A stretch of DNA of 63,191 nucleotides, filler included, from Coriobacteriales bacterium (GTDB lineage: Bacteria; Actinomycetota; Coriobacteriia; Coriobacteriales; UBA8131): NCBI GenBank assembly GCA_031263105.1. It is 6 parts of 6 records of this genome, joined end to end, with 100 filler letters (N's around TTAATTAATTAA, not from the genome) between each part and the next. Parts side by side here need not be neighbours in the genome. Positions count along the whole stretch, not along the records: positions 21,912 to 46,319 come from JAISGJ010000245.1; positions 46,420 to 53,175 come from JAISGJ010000014.1; 4 more parts are not named here. One strand, 5' to 3'. The notes under the pieces were generated by a model. It saw nothing but the letters and a program-made list of their open reading frames with translations, was not told the origin of the DNA and searched no databases. Within the stretch, counting starts at the first letter, position 1, and the number at the start of each line of letters is the position of its first letter. Positions 40,739 to 50,100 of this stretch are shown one piece after another. The translations under genes were made by a program, and so were the position numbers.

Positions 40739-40902
40739 TGTTTGGCGTTGTCTTTCTTGGAAGTCATCTCGAATAGGAGCGAGAAATCATAGTCTCGCTT
40801 CTGGGCGGCCTTTATCTTGGCATAGAAATCCCTTTGCCCCTGAAGGCTGAGGTTAATGCCCTTGGATTCAAGGAACCCTGTTTTCTCGTTTAGCACCAGC
40901 AT
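40735..40902 (-). CDS. 55-aa ORF translationally coupled to the GNAT gene (candidate antitoxin)
   Basis: Translated by hand: MLVLNEKTGFLESKGINLSLQGQRDFYAKIKAAQKRDYDFSLLFEMTSKKDNAKQ; GGGAG upstream; ATGA overlap. Confidence 0.6.
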   Translation of the reverse strand: MLVLNEKTGFLESKGINLSLQGQRDFYAKIKAAQKRDYDFSLLFEMTSKKDNAKQ

Positions 40903-41149
40903 GGATAATGTGACTCCCGCTTCTTGGCAACTGACACTATGGCCAATAGTCTAGCACATAAGAAGCTCGAGCGTCATTTGCCTCCCCGTTTTGCTGCGCG
41001 TTTGCTGCGCGTTTGCTGCGCGCCGCTGCGGAGCTTGCTGCGGAGACGACCTGGCCGCCTTCCTGGCCGCCCGTGCCCCTTCCCTGTAGTGCATCTGTGT
41101 GCGTATGACATCTACGTTGCTGCTGCATCGTCTGCGGCGACCGTCAGGG

Positions 41150-41806
41150 TCAGGCACGGGCGCTGGGGCAGAGGTCGCTCAGGGGGCACTCGGCGCAGCG
41201 CGGGCGGCGGGCGATGCAGACCTCGCGGCCGAAGAGCACCCACTGGTGGTTGACGGGGCCCCACATCGTTCGCGGGTAGAGGGCGAGCAGGTCGCGCTCC
41301 GTCTTGTCCGGCGTGTCCGAGGAGGCGGGCGAGAAGCGCAGCTTGTGCGCGATGCGGAAGACGTGCGTGTCGACCGCAATGCCCTCCACGATGCCGAAGG
41401 CGTTGTTGAGCACGATGTTGGCTGTCTTGCGGCCGACCCCCGGAAGGCGCCTGAGCTCCTCCATTGTGCGCGGCACCTCGCCGCCGAAGTCCGCGAGCAG
41501 CATCTGTGCGCAGGCGACGCAGTTCCTCGCCTTGACGTGGTAGAAGCCGATCGTGCGGATGACGCCCTCGACGTCCGGGACATGCGCCTGGGCCATGGCC
41601 TGCGGGTCCGGCCAGCGGGAGAACAGCTCGGGGGTCACCTTGTTGACGGCGGCGTCCGTCGTCTGCGCCGAGAGCAGCACGGCGACGGTGAGCGTGAAGG
41701 GGTCGTGGAAGAGGAGCGCGCACTCCGCCTCCGGGTAGCGCTCGTCCATGCGCCGCGCCACCTCCAGCGCCCGCGCCTGCCTTCCTGCCTTCGATTCCCG
41801 TGCCAT
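41150..41806 (-). CDS. nth: Endonuclease III
   Basis: LSAQTTD, LPGVGRKTAN, VDTHV and CIARRPRCAECPLSDLC motifs. Confidence 0.95.
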   Translation of the reverse strand: MARESKAGRQARALEVARRMDERYPEAECALLFHDPFTLTVAVLLSAQTTDAAVNKVTPELFSRWPDPQAMAQAHVPDVEGVIRTIGFYHVKARNCVACAQMLLADFGGEVPRTMEELRRLPGVGRKTANIVLNNAFGIVEGIAVDTHVFRIAHKLRFSPASSDTPDKTERDLLALYPRTMWGPVNHQWVLFGREVCIARRPRCAECPLSDLCPSARA

Positions 41807-42250
41807 CCGTGTCCTCCCTCTTTCGTCCGTGTGTCGTGCCCCTGCCTGCCTCCGCGCCCGTAGATGCTCACCCAAACACCGGTGCACGCTCCGTGCATCC
41901 GGTCGAGGCCTGTCCGCGCATCTCTCGTGCGTCTGTGCGCGTGTTGCTCGTACCGTACCGAGTGTAGCAGGCATATGTCCGATCGTTCACGGGATTATAC
42001 AGAAGTCCATCAGGAAGAAGAGGGGGCGTCATCTTGGGTGCCATCTTCGGAGGGTCAGAATCGACAAAAAGCCTCGATTCACTATTATTACTTGGGGCAG
42101 GTGAGTTCGTTGGGGCGACGGGCAGTGGGAGTATGCTTTTTATAACAAGCAGGAAGAAGGCAGTCGACAGGTGCCACGGGAAGAATCAAAGCTCGTTTAT
42201 CGGGCACGTTATGAGATCGCGCCCTCATCGAGGTCCCTCAATATGGACGC

Positions 42251-42742
42251 ATGGCCCCTGCTCGTCGGCAAGCTTTGCGTGTCACGGAGGTCATATTCTC
42301 CCTGCCGTGCCATGACATCAGATCCGGCAAAGCGGAGCTGACGGGCACCCCGATCGATTTGGATTCCGCAGGGGTGGCTGATTTTGTCGAGGTCCTCGCC
42401 GACCCTGAACGCGATATGCCCGTTGTGCTCTTGGCGTCCTTTCCCTATAGCGTCAGCTATCCCGTCATCCCCTCGGACCTTGCGTCGGGCCTCGAGCAGA
42501 CGGCACCCGTCTACCTGCTTTGTTCCCAGGACAAGGAGGTGATGGCCCGGTACCGGCACCACTTCTCTGACGACAGCAGGAACGTGACCCACAACTTCAG
42601 ATGCCCCGCCGGCTGCGCAAGGCTCTATCTGCCGCAGGTCGATCTGGGCAAACGCAGCGACTCGCGACGTCATCGGCGTTTCTCTTCCGACGTGCTTACG
42701 GATTCTGCTGCATGGAGCACATGCAGTAGGGAAGCTGTCTAA
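42251..42742 (+). pseudogene. Fragment of an uncharacterised gene
   Basis: Protein-like frame with no convincing start; ends abruptly. Confidence 0.35.
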
Positions 42743-42804
42743 ATCTCAGAGGATCTGCGTACATCTTTGGCATCTTCGCGTTTTTTTTGTGGCAGGAACA
42801 AGGT

Positions 42805-43137
42805 TTACCGCCCCGCTCTTGCTAGGAAGGCGAAGTCCATGAAATAGCGTTCGATGTTGTGCGCATCGGCTTCGAAGGTGCCGTCAAAAAACAGTTTGAG
42901 GAACTCGTCACGCGCCCGCAGCACCTCTTTCAAGCGGTAGGCGGAGGGAGTTCCCATCAGGGCCTCCGTCGTTGCGGCGAAGAGGTCGATGGCGCGGTCG
43001 ATGGCGCGCTCTTTTCGCTCCTGTCGCCCGGCTCGATGCGCCGCAATTGCGCGACCGACCTCCGAGCCGATGTTCCCCATCTGCTCCTCAAACGACAGCT
43101 CTGCCCAACGCATGCGATCGAATCGGTGCTCAGCCAT
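42805..43137 (-). CDS. Small helical hypothetical protein
   Basis: RWAELSFEEQMGNIGSEVGRA...KEVLRARDEF; overlaps the upstream gene. Confidence 0.7.
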   Translation of the reverse strand: MAEHRFDRMRWAELSFEEQMGNIGSEVGRAIAAHRAGRQERKERAIDRAIDLFAATTEALMGTPSAYRLKEVLRARDEFLKLFFDGTFEADAHNIERYFMDFAFLARAGR

Positions 43138-43480
43138 GCACTTTCTCCGTAACGATCCCCCAAATGGCCTTTCTGACCTCCGGGTCGCCGACTCCCCGCG
43201 AGCGGTTCCCCTGGGCCGGACGGATGTTTATCATGGAGTCGAACTCCACGAAGTCGTCTGTGCCAAAGCTCTCCGGCCACAGATTGATCCCCCAGAGATC
43301 CTGTTGCCGGGAACCACCTTCAAGCAGGAAAAGCTCTTCGTCTGCATGTAGACCAGCGTCGACTACAAGCGCTCGATGTGCGACATCGACGACAGCTTTT
43401 ACAAGGGGTTCGGACATTTTCTCCGACATCGCTGCGAGTTCGTCGATGCCGATACTCTCCACGGGCTGCATGCGCATCAT
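43130..43480 (-). CDS. DUF5674-like protein
   Basis: VKAVVDV, LHADEELFLL, DLWGINL and SMINIRP motifs (family recalled, not searched). Confidence 0.7.
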   Translation of the reverse strand: MMRMQPVESIGIDELAAMSEKMSEPLVKAVVDVAHRALVVDAGLHADEELFLLEGGSRQQDLWGINLWPESFGTDDFVEFDSMINIRPAQGNRSRGVGDPEVRKAIWGIVTEKVHG

Positions 43481-43596
43481 CCTCTCTTTACCGATTTCCA
43501 GTCATGGCAGCATTGTACTCCAAGCGACGGCTGGCTGATAAAGACTCTCTTGGCGCTCCGTCCCCCGCTCCGTCCCCTGCCGCCCCTCGTCTGCGC

Positions 43597-43830
43597 CTAG
43601 CGCCGCGCAATCTTGCGGTACTCGCTCGGCACGAGCCCGCTTGTCTCCCTGAAGAGCTCCGAGAAATGGTTGGCGTTTCGATACCCCACCATTCGAACCA
43701 CATCGCCAATGGAGAACTCTGTGTGGGCAAGCAGGTGCTCGGCATGGCTTATGCGCCGTTGCTGGATATATTCCGTTATGGTGCAGCCGTGGTACCGTCG
43801 AAAGGCGCTCTTCAGCTTCGTCGTCCCCAT
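43597..43830 (-). pseudogene. AraC-family HTH C-terminal fragment
   Basis: TKLKSAFRRYHG...VGYRNANHFSELFR...PSEYRK; N-terminal domain missing. Confidence 0.7.
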
Positions 43831-43869
43831 GCAGGCGATTTTGGGACGTGACCCTGTGCGCTCTTGATC

Positions 43870-44200
43870 GGCACAAGCAGCCCGTTTTGGAGCACGTCAC
43901 GTTAAGCGCCGCCCGGGGCGAGGTCATCGGTGTCGTGGGGAATAACGGTGTGGGGAAGACGACGCTCTTTCGTGCGTTCTGCGGCCTGCACAAGACGTGC
44001 GATGGCCGCATCCTCCGGGAAGGCCGAACCCAGAATCGACGGGCACGCCTGCGTCGTTCTTATCTGGTCATGTAGGATGTGAACTACGAGTTGTTCGCCG
44101 AGAGTGTCGAGAAGGAATGCGCGTTCGGCATCAAGGGCCCGAATCATGGGCTCGTGGCCTCGACCTTGGAGGAGCTGGGCCTTCTGCCCTGTAAGGACCG
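43870..44200 (+). pseudogene. ECF-type ABC ATPase fragment with an internal stop
   Basis: GNNGVGKTT...SYLVM*DVNYELFAESV, similar to the second domain of 33561-35048. Confidence 0.7.
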
Positions 44201-44209
44201 CAGGTACAT

Positions 44210-46111
44210 TCAGCCCCGGTACTCGTCGGCCTTCTTGCGCCGCCTCCAGTTCAGCAGGAGGGACGAGTTTATGATGACGGCCACCGAGCCGACGTTGTGC
44301 ACGAGCGCGCCGAGCACGGGGTCGAGTATCCCCGTGACCGCCAAGGCGATCGCCACGAAGTTCAGCGCCATCGACGCGGCCAGGTTGAGGTGGATGGTGC
44401 GCATCATCCTGCGCGAGAGCGAAAGCAGGTGCCCGAGCTCTCCGATGTCGTCGCTGACGAGGACGATGTCGGCCGCCTCGATCGCGATGTCGCTTCCGAT
44501 GCCGCCCATCGCGATCCCCACCTGGGCGCATTTCAGCGCCGGGGCGTCGTTGATGCCGTCGCCGACCATGCAGACCGGCCTGCCCTCCTGCTGGGCGCTT
44601 TGGATGGCGGCCAGCTTGTCCTGCGGCAGGCAGCGCGCCCGCACCTCGGCGATCCCGGTGCGCCTTGCGACATGCTGTGCCGCCTGGGCGGAATCCCCGG
44701 TGAACAGGACGGTCTCGAGGCCCGCCTCGCCAAGCTCCCGGACGGTTCGTGCGGCATCGGGACGCAGGGTGTCGGACAGGGCGAGGATGCCGAGGACCTG
44801 TCCCTCGTCCATGACGTACACCAGGGTGGCGCCCTGTTCCCGTGCCGCTGCGACGCCAGGCCCGAGCGAGGGCGGCAACGAGAGGCCACGCTCGGCAAGC
44901 AGGGCCTCGTTCCCGGCGAAGAGCATGTTCCCGCCGATGCGCGCCTCGACCCCACGGCCCGCCAGGAGCCTGAAGTCCTCCGGTTCGGGAAGGGCGTCCT
45001 TTCGGCCCTGTTGCCGGCGCCCGAGCCGCCAGCGCCCGACGATCGCCTTTCCCAGCGGATGCTCCGAGCGCAGTTCCGCTGAGGCGGTCAGCTCGAGCAG
45101 ATGCTCATCGCTCAGGCCATCGATGCAGCTTTCGACCTCCGTCACGGCCGGCTTGCCGAAGGTCAGGGTCCCCGTCTTGTCGAACGCGACACAGCGCACC
45201 TGCGCAAGACGCTCAAGGGCGTCCCCCTGGCTGACAAGGATGCCGTATCGCGTCGCATTCCCGATGCCGGCCATGATCGCCGTAGGCGTGGCGAGCACGA
45301 GGGCGCAGGGGCAGAAGACGACGAGCACGGTCACCGCACGGATGGCCTCGCCCGTCACGAGCCAGGTGACGGCGGCGGCGGCAAGGGCGACCACGACGAT
45401 CCACGTCGCCCATCGGTCGGCAACGCCGACGATCCTCGCCTTGCCGGCATCCGCCGACTCCACGAGGCGTATCATCCTTTGCAGGGAGCTGTCTTCGCCG
45501 ACCTTCTGCGCGACCATGTCGAAGGTTCCGAACTGGTTGACCGTCCCGCTCAAGACCTCGTCCCCCTCGCCCTTGTCGACGGGAATGGGCTCCCCCGTCA
45601 TGACCGACTGGTCGATGGAGGTCTGCCCCATGACGATGACGCCGTCCACGGCGACGGTCTCGCCCGCCAGCACCCTGAGCACGTCGCCGACCTCGACCTG
45701 TTCGGCGGCGACGACATGCTCCGTCCCGTCCTGGACGACGCGTGCGGTGGCGGGCGTCAGATGCACCAGCTTCTCGATGCCGGCACGCGCCTTGCTCACG
45801 GTCCGCTCCTCAAGGAACGCGCCGATCGCCATGATGAAGGCGACCTCTCCGGCGGCGAAGGTCTCTCCGATCACGAGCGAGGCGACAAGGGCGAGGGAAA
45901 CCAGCACGTCGGCCTTGATGTCGAAGGCGGTGACCAGCCCCACGACGGCACCCTTGACGATGGGAATCCCGCAGAGCAGGATGGCGGCCCACGCCGCATC
46001 GAAGGGAAGGATGCCAGGGGCGAAGAAGCTGACGCCCAGCGACAGCGCCGAGAAGCCGAGAAGCAGGAGGGTGCGCTTTTCGCTGTTCTTGAGGAACGCC
46101 GGTAGGGACAT
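44210..46111 (-). CDS. P1B-type heavy-metal ATPase
   Basis: TGEP, CPC, DKTGT, SEHPL and GDGIND motifs; GGAGG RBS before ATG 46111. Confidence 0.94.
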   Translation of the reverse strand: MSLPAFLKNSEKRTLLLLGFSALSLGVSFFAPGILPFDAAWAAILLCGIPIVKGAVVGLVTAFDIKADVLVSLALVASLVIGETFAAGEVAFIMAIGAFLEERTVSKARAGIEKLVHLTPATARVVQDGTEHVVAAEQVEVGDVLRVLAGETVAVDGVIVMGQTSIDQSVMTGEPIPVDKGEGDEVLSGTVNQFGTFDMVAQKVGEDSSLQRMIRLVESADAGKARIVGVADRWATWIVVVALAAAAVTWLVTGEAIRAVTVLVVFCPCALVLATPTAIMAGIGNATRYGILVSQGDALERLAQVRCVAFDKTGTLTFGKPAVTEVESCIDGLSDEHLLELTASAELRSEHPLGKAIVGRWRLGRRQQGRKDALPEPEDFRLLAGRGVEARIGGNMLFAGNEALLAERGLSLPPSLGPGVAAAREQGATLVYVMDEGQVLGILALSDTLRPDAARTVRELGEAGLETVLFTGDSAQAAQHVARRTGIAEVRARCLPQDKLAAIQSAQQEGRPVCMVGDGINDAPALKCAQVGIAMGGIGSDIAIEAADIVLVSDDIGELGHLLSLSRRMMRTIHLNLAASMALNFVAIALAVTGILDPVLGALVHNVGSVAVIINSSLLLNWRRRKKADEYRG

Positions 46112-46155
46112 CGAGTCCTCCTTGGTGGAAGGCCGCCGCTCGATGGCCTCCTTGG

Positions 46156-46209
46156 TACATATGGGGGTATGGGTATCAAGCGGTGAGAGCATGATACCCT
46201 AGGGGGCAT
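46156..46209 (-). promoter_or_regulatory. CsoR-type operator sequences
   Basis: ATACCCTAGGGGGCAT and GGGGGTATGGGTAT G/C-tract motifs upstream of the P1B ATPase. Confidence 0.6.
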
Positions 46210-46319
46210 GCGGGGTCAAGGGGGGGGGGGGGGGGGGGGGGCCAAAACCCGGCGGGCGCGCCCGGGGGGGGGGGGGGTGACACCGGCCGGCGCCGGGTGT
46301 GTGTTTGGTGTAATAAAAA

Positions 46320-46419
46320 NNNNNNNNNNNNNNNNNNNNNNNNNNNNNNNNNNNNNNNNNNNNTTAATTAATTAANNNNNNNNNNNNNNNNNNNNNNNNN
46401 NNNNNNNNNNNNNNNNNNN
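46320..46419. other. Artificial contig linker
   Basis: N-run with TTAATTAATTAA. Confidence 0.97.
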
Positions 46420-46480
46420 TCCGCCAGGACAGTCCTGCCCCCGTAGGACTTGGAGACGTTTACGGCTTTCAGGAGCGTCC
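46420..46480 (-). CDS. Partial ABC ATPase domain cut by the contig end
   Basis: LLKAVNVSKSYGGRTVLA; upstream sequence is unreliable poly-C. Confidence 0.45.
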
Positions 46481-46554
46481 CGTCGGCCGCCGCCCCACCC
46501 CCCCCCCCCCCGGGGCCCCCCCGCCCCCCCCCGCCCCCCCCCCGCCCCCCCCCG

Positions 46555-46602
<48 letters not shown>

Positions 46603-46722
46603 CAGCGGGGGCAGCGGGCGCTACGCCTACCTCCAGGCCACGGGCTTCGTGGACGACCCCCTCGTCGACTGCGCCTTCCGCTCCCACAGGCCCTGAGCGG
46701 CGCGGGAGCGGCAGCGGGAGCG

Positions 46723-48054
46723 CTAGTCCAGCAGGCGGGGGGCGACCTGCTTCTTGCGGGAGAGGATGCCGGGGACCCAGACGCTGCCCTGTGCGCCGAA
46801 GCTGACGTTGAAGCTGTGCTCGACGGTGCGGGGGTTTCCGGCGACGATGAACTGCGAGCCCTCGCGCATGATGTCGGTGACGAGCAGCAGGGCGAACTCG
46901 TGGCCCTGCTCCTCGACGATGCGCCTGAGCAGCTGCCGTATCTCGCCTTGTTTCTCGAGGATGTCGCCCCTGTCGACGGTCTCGTACTGCGAGACCATGA
47001 AGCTCGAGTCCCCCCGCGTGAACACCTTGGCATCGGCACGCACGATGCCCTCGACCGAGCCGTCCTGCTGGGCGAAGCGCGCCTCGAACAGCTCGCGGCC
47101 ATAGGTCTCGACGGCAAGCCCTGCGGCATCGGCGAGCAGCGCGGCCAGCTCGTGGTCGCGCTTCGTTGTGGTGGGCGACCTGAGCAGCACGGTGTCGGTG
47201 AGCAGGGCCGCGAGCAGGATCGCCGCCATAGGCGGCTCGAAGGCGACGCCGTGGCGCAGGTACTCCGTCGCGACGATGCTGGCGGTCGAGCCGAGGGGCA
47301 GGTTGATGAAGGGGATGGGGGCGGCGGTCTGTATGTCGCCGATGCGATGGTGGTCGACGACCTCGACCACGTCCGCCTCCTGTATGCCGCTGACGGCCTG
47401 GGACGTCTCGTTGTGGTCGACGAGGATGACGCGGCGGCGCGGGCTGCGGGCGAGGTCGGTGCGCGTGACGATGCCGAGGGCCCTCTGCTCGTCGTCCAGG
47501 ACGACGGCCTGGCGCAAGGTCGAGGCGAGCACGGCCTCGCGCGCCTCGTTGAGCAGGTCGTCGGCCTCGAGGACGACGACGTCCGTGGAGAGGAAGGCGC
47601 CCACAGGCTGCGCCAGCGTCGCACGGCGCGTCTGCGCGTCCGCCTCCCCGTTATCGAGTTCCGCGAGGTAGAGGTGGGCAAAGGTCGTCGTGTCTATGAT
47701 CCCTGCGTAGCGCCCTTCGTCGTCGTGGACGATCAGGGTGCGGATCTGGCGCCGCTTCAGGGTCTCGCCCGCCTCGCGCATGGTCGTTCCCGTGGGCACC
47801 TGCAGCGGCCTGGGCGTCATGGCGTCGCGCACGCGGCTGTGCACGTGGGTGACGACGGGGGGATACGGGATGCCCAGACGGTCGAGCACGTAGCGCGACT
47901 CGTGGGGCAGCGGCCCCAGACGCATGGCGACGTAGCCCGTCTCGGGGTCGAGCAACCTCTTGAGGTGCGCATAGGCGACCGCCGAGCAGATAGAGTCGTT
48001 GTCCGGGTTGCGATGCCCGACGACGATGACGGGCTCACGGTTCCGCTTGTCCAT
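46723..48054 (-). CDS. ppaC: Mn-dependent family II inorganic pyrophosphatase with CBS domains
   Basis: GHRNPDNDS, LVDHNE, DHHR and LSRKKQVAP motifs. Confidence 0.92.
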   Translation of the reverse strand: MDKRNREPVIVVGHRNPDNDSICSAVAYAHLKRLLDPETGYVAMRLGPLPHESRYVLDRLGIPYPPVVTHVHSRVRDAMTPRPLQVPTGTTMREAGETLKRRQIRTLIVHDDEGRYAGIIDTTTFAHLYLAELDNGEADAQTRRATLAQPVGAFLSTDVVVLEADDLLNEAREAVLASTLRQAVVLDDEQRALGIVTRTDLARSPRRRVILVDHNETSQAVSGIQEADVVEVVDHHRIGDIQTAAPIPFINLPLGSTASIVATEYLRHGVAFEPPMAAILLAALLTDTVLLRSPTTTKRDHELAALLADAAGLAVETYGRELFEARFAQQDGSVEGIVRADAKVFTRGDSSFMVSQYETVDRGDILEKQGEIRQLLRRIVEEQGHEFALLLVTDIMREGSQFIVAGNPRTVEHSFNVSFGAQGSVWVPGILSRKKQVAPRLLD

Positions 48055-48073
48055 TGAAGCTTCCTGTTCCATA

Positions 48074-48243
48074 GTTACCGTTCACACCCACTGTCATTCC
48101 GAGTCCCGCCGAGGAATCCTCGGCTGCGAAGCAGCCGACCGCAGGTCGGGGCATCTTCCGGCCGTAGTTGGCCGCTTCGCGACCAAGGATTCCTCGGCTC
48201 CGCTGCGCTCCGCTCGGAATGACAGTGGGGTGTGAATGGTAAA
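48074..48243. mobile_element. Divergent MITE-like copy with a degenerate 8-bp TSD
   Basis: GTTACCGTTCAC...GTGAATGGTAAA; flanks GTTCCATA/GCTCCCTA match at 6 of 8; different core. Confidence 0.8.
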
Positions 48244-48352
48244 GCTCCCTAGAGTGTTCGACTCCAGTATACCCGAGTCCGCTCCGCCGTCACGCGAAAG
48301 GGAATATAATGGGCCACAGGACAGACCGGGCGAGACAACGGAAGTTGGGACG

Positions 48353-48982
48353 ATGACCGAGGACACAGCCCCTTTGCGTGAGGGGCAAACGCTACGGGAG
48401 ATACGGGAGAAGAGTGGCCCCTTGCCCCCTCTCAGGCTCGCCCAGCAGGAGGCCTGCGAGTGGTTCGACGGCCTTGCGCCCGTGGGGTGCGACGAGCTGC
48501 GGGGGCTCTGGCGGGGCCGCGAGGTGCTCTCCGGGCACCCTTTGGAGGGGCTGCTCGGCACCTGCGGCTGGTACGGCAAGCGCTTCGACGACGACGAGCA
48601 CGTCTATCCGATGGTCTTCGCGAGGCCGAACGGCTCGACCTTCTGCGCAAACCCCGCCCGCATGCCGCTCAGCGTGTGGCTCAACGGCCTGCCGGGGCCG
48701 CTGGTCCGCCTGCTCTTCCGCTGCGCCTACCCCTACGTCGTCACCCGCACGAGCGGCGCGCGCCTGCGCAGGGTCGAGTTCCGCGGCACCGTGGGCGCCT
48801 GCATGGTCTACGACCGCCTTGCGGTGATAGACGCCTTCCGTCGCATCGACGACGACACCCTGCTCTGCATCATGGACCTGAAAGGCGACCCCAGCGGCAA
48901 GGCCTTCTTCTTCCAGCTCCTGCGCGGCCCGTGCGGCCCGTCCGGGCGCTCCGACGTGCCTGGGGGCCATCTGGTATCATAA
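48353..48982 (+). CDS. GXWXG/DUF4334 domain protein
   Basis: GLWRG, GHPLEGLL, GWYGKRF, MVYD and IDAFRRIDDD motifs. Confidence 0.78.
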   Translation: MTEDTAPLREGQTLREIREKSGPLPPLRLAQQEACEWFDGLAPVGCDELRGLWRGREVLSGHPLEGLLGTCGWYGKRFDDDEHVYPMVFARPNGSTFCANPARMPLSVWLNGLPGPLVRLLFRCAYPYVVTRTSGARLRRVEFRGTVGACMVYDRLAVIDAFRRIDDDTLLCIMDLKGDPSGKAFFFQLLRGPCGPSGRSDVPGGHLVS

Positions 48983-49022
48983 GGGGAGCGTTACGGCAGC
49001 TTATGGCAGGAGAGGACGGTCT

Positions 49023-50084
49023 ATGTCGCTTGTGGAGGAAATCGGGGAGCAGCGAGGGCTGCTGCTCGCCCGTGTCGCTGAGGCGGCGGACAGCGCCGCG
49101 CTGGAGCAGGTGCGCGTCGGGGCGCTTGGGAAGAAGGGCTCGCTTACTGCGCTGCTGCGCGGCATGGGACAGCTTCCGCCCGAGGAGCGCGGGGCCGTCG
49201 GGAGGGCTGCCAACCTGTTGCGCGACGAGGTGGAGGCCGCGCTGGCCGCACGCCGCGACGAGCTTCAGGCCGCCGAGCTCGACGCGCGCATCAGCGCCGA
49301 GGCGATCGACGTCACCTTGCCGGGGCGTGTGCGGCCCATCGGCACGCAGCACCTCATCAGCCGGCTGACCGACGAGATCGTCGAGGTCTTCCGGGGCATC
49401 GGCTACCAGGTCGTGGACGGCACGGAGGTCGAGACCGCCTACTACAACTTCGACGCCCTCAACGCGCCGCCCGACCATCCCTCGCGCAGCCTCCAGGACA
49501 CCTTCTACGTCGTCGACCGCTCCGGGGACGCGGCGGCGATGGCAGGGGAGAGCGACGTGCTGCTCCGTCCCCAGACCAGCGCCGCCCAGGTGCACGCGAT
49601 GGAGGAGCGCGAGCTGCCCCTCTACATCCTCGCGCCCGGCCGCGTCTACCGCCGCGACGTCGCCGACCCCACGCACCTGCCCCAGTTCACGCAGATAGAG
49701 GGCCTGGTGGTGGACGAGGGCATCACCTTCGGCGACCTCAAGGGCACGCTCGAGTATTTCTGCCGCCAGGTGTTCGGCCCAGAGCGCCGGACGCGCTTCC
49801 GCCCGCACTTCTTCCCCTTCACGGAGCCCTCGGCGGAGGTGGACGTGAGCTGCGGCATCTGCGACGGCGCGGGCTGCCGCTCCTGCGGCGGCACCGGCTG
49901 GCTCGAGATACTGGGCTGCGGCATGGTGGACCCCAACGTCTTCGGCCATGTGGGCATCGACCCCGAAACGTACAGCGGGTTCGCCTTCGGCCTCGGCATC
50001 GAGCGCATCGCCTGCCTCAAGTACAACGTTCCCGACCTGCGGATGCTGCTGGAAGGCGACATGCGCTTCCTGCGGCAGTTCTGA
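49023..50084 (+). CDS. pheS: Phenylalanine-tRNA ligase alpha subunit
   Basis: NFDALN, HPSR..QDTFY, FPFTEPS and GFAFGLGIER motifs. Confidence 0.97.
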   Translation: MSLVEEIGEQRGLLLARVAEAADSAALEQVRVGALGKKGSLTALLRGMGQLPPEERGAVGRAANLLRDEVEAALAARRDELQAAELDARISAEAIDVTLPGRVRPIGTQHLISRLTDEIVEVFRGIGYQVVDGTEVETAYYNFDALNAPPDHPSRSLQDTFYVVDRSGDAAAMAGESDVLLRPQTSAAQVHAMEERELPLYILAPGRVYRRDVADPTHLPQFTQIEGLVVDEGITFGDLKGTLEYFCRQVFGPERRTRFRPHFFPFTEPSAEVDVSCGICDGAGCRSCGGTGWLEILGCGMVDPNVFGHVGIDPETYSGFAFGLGIERIACLKYNVPDLRMLLEGDMRFLRQF

Positions 50085-50100
50085 GGGGAGAGGGGCACGT

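Noticed and set aside
48983..49022. T-box leader upstream of pheS
   Set aside because: Intergenic gap is too short and has no T-box motif
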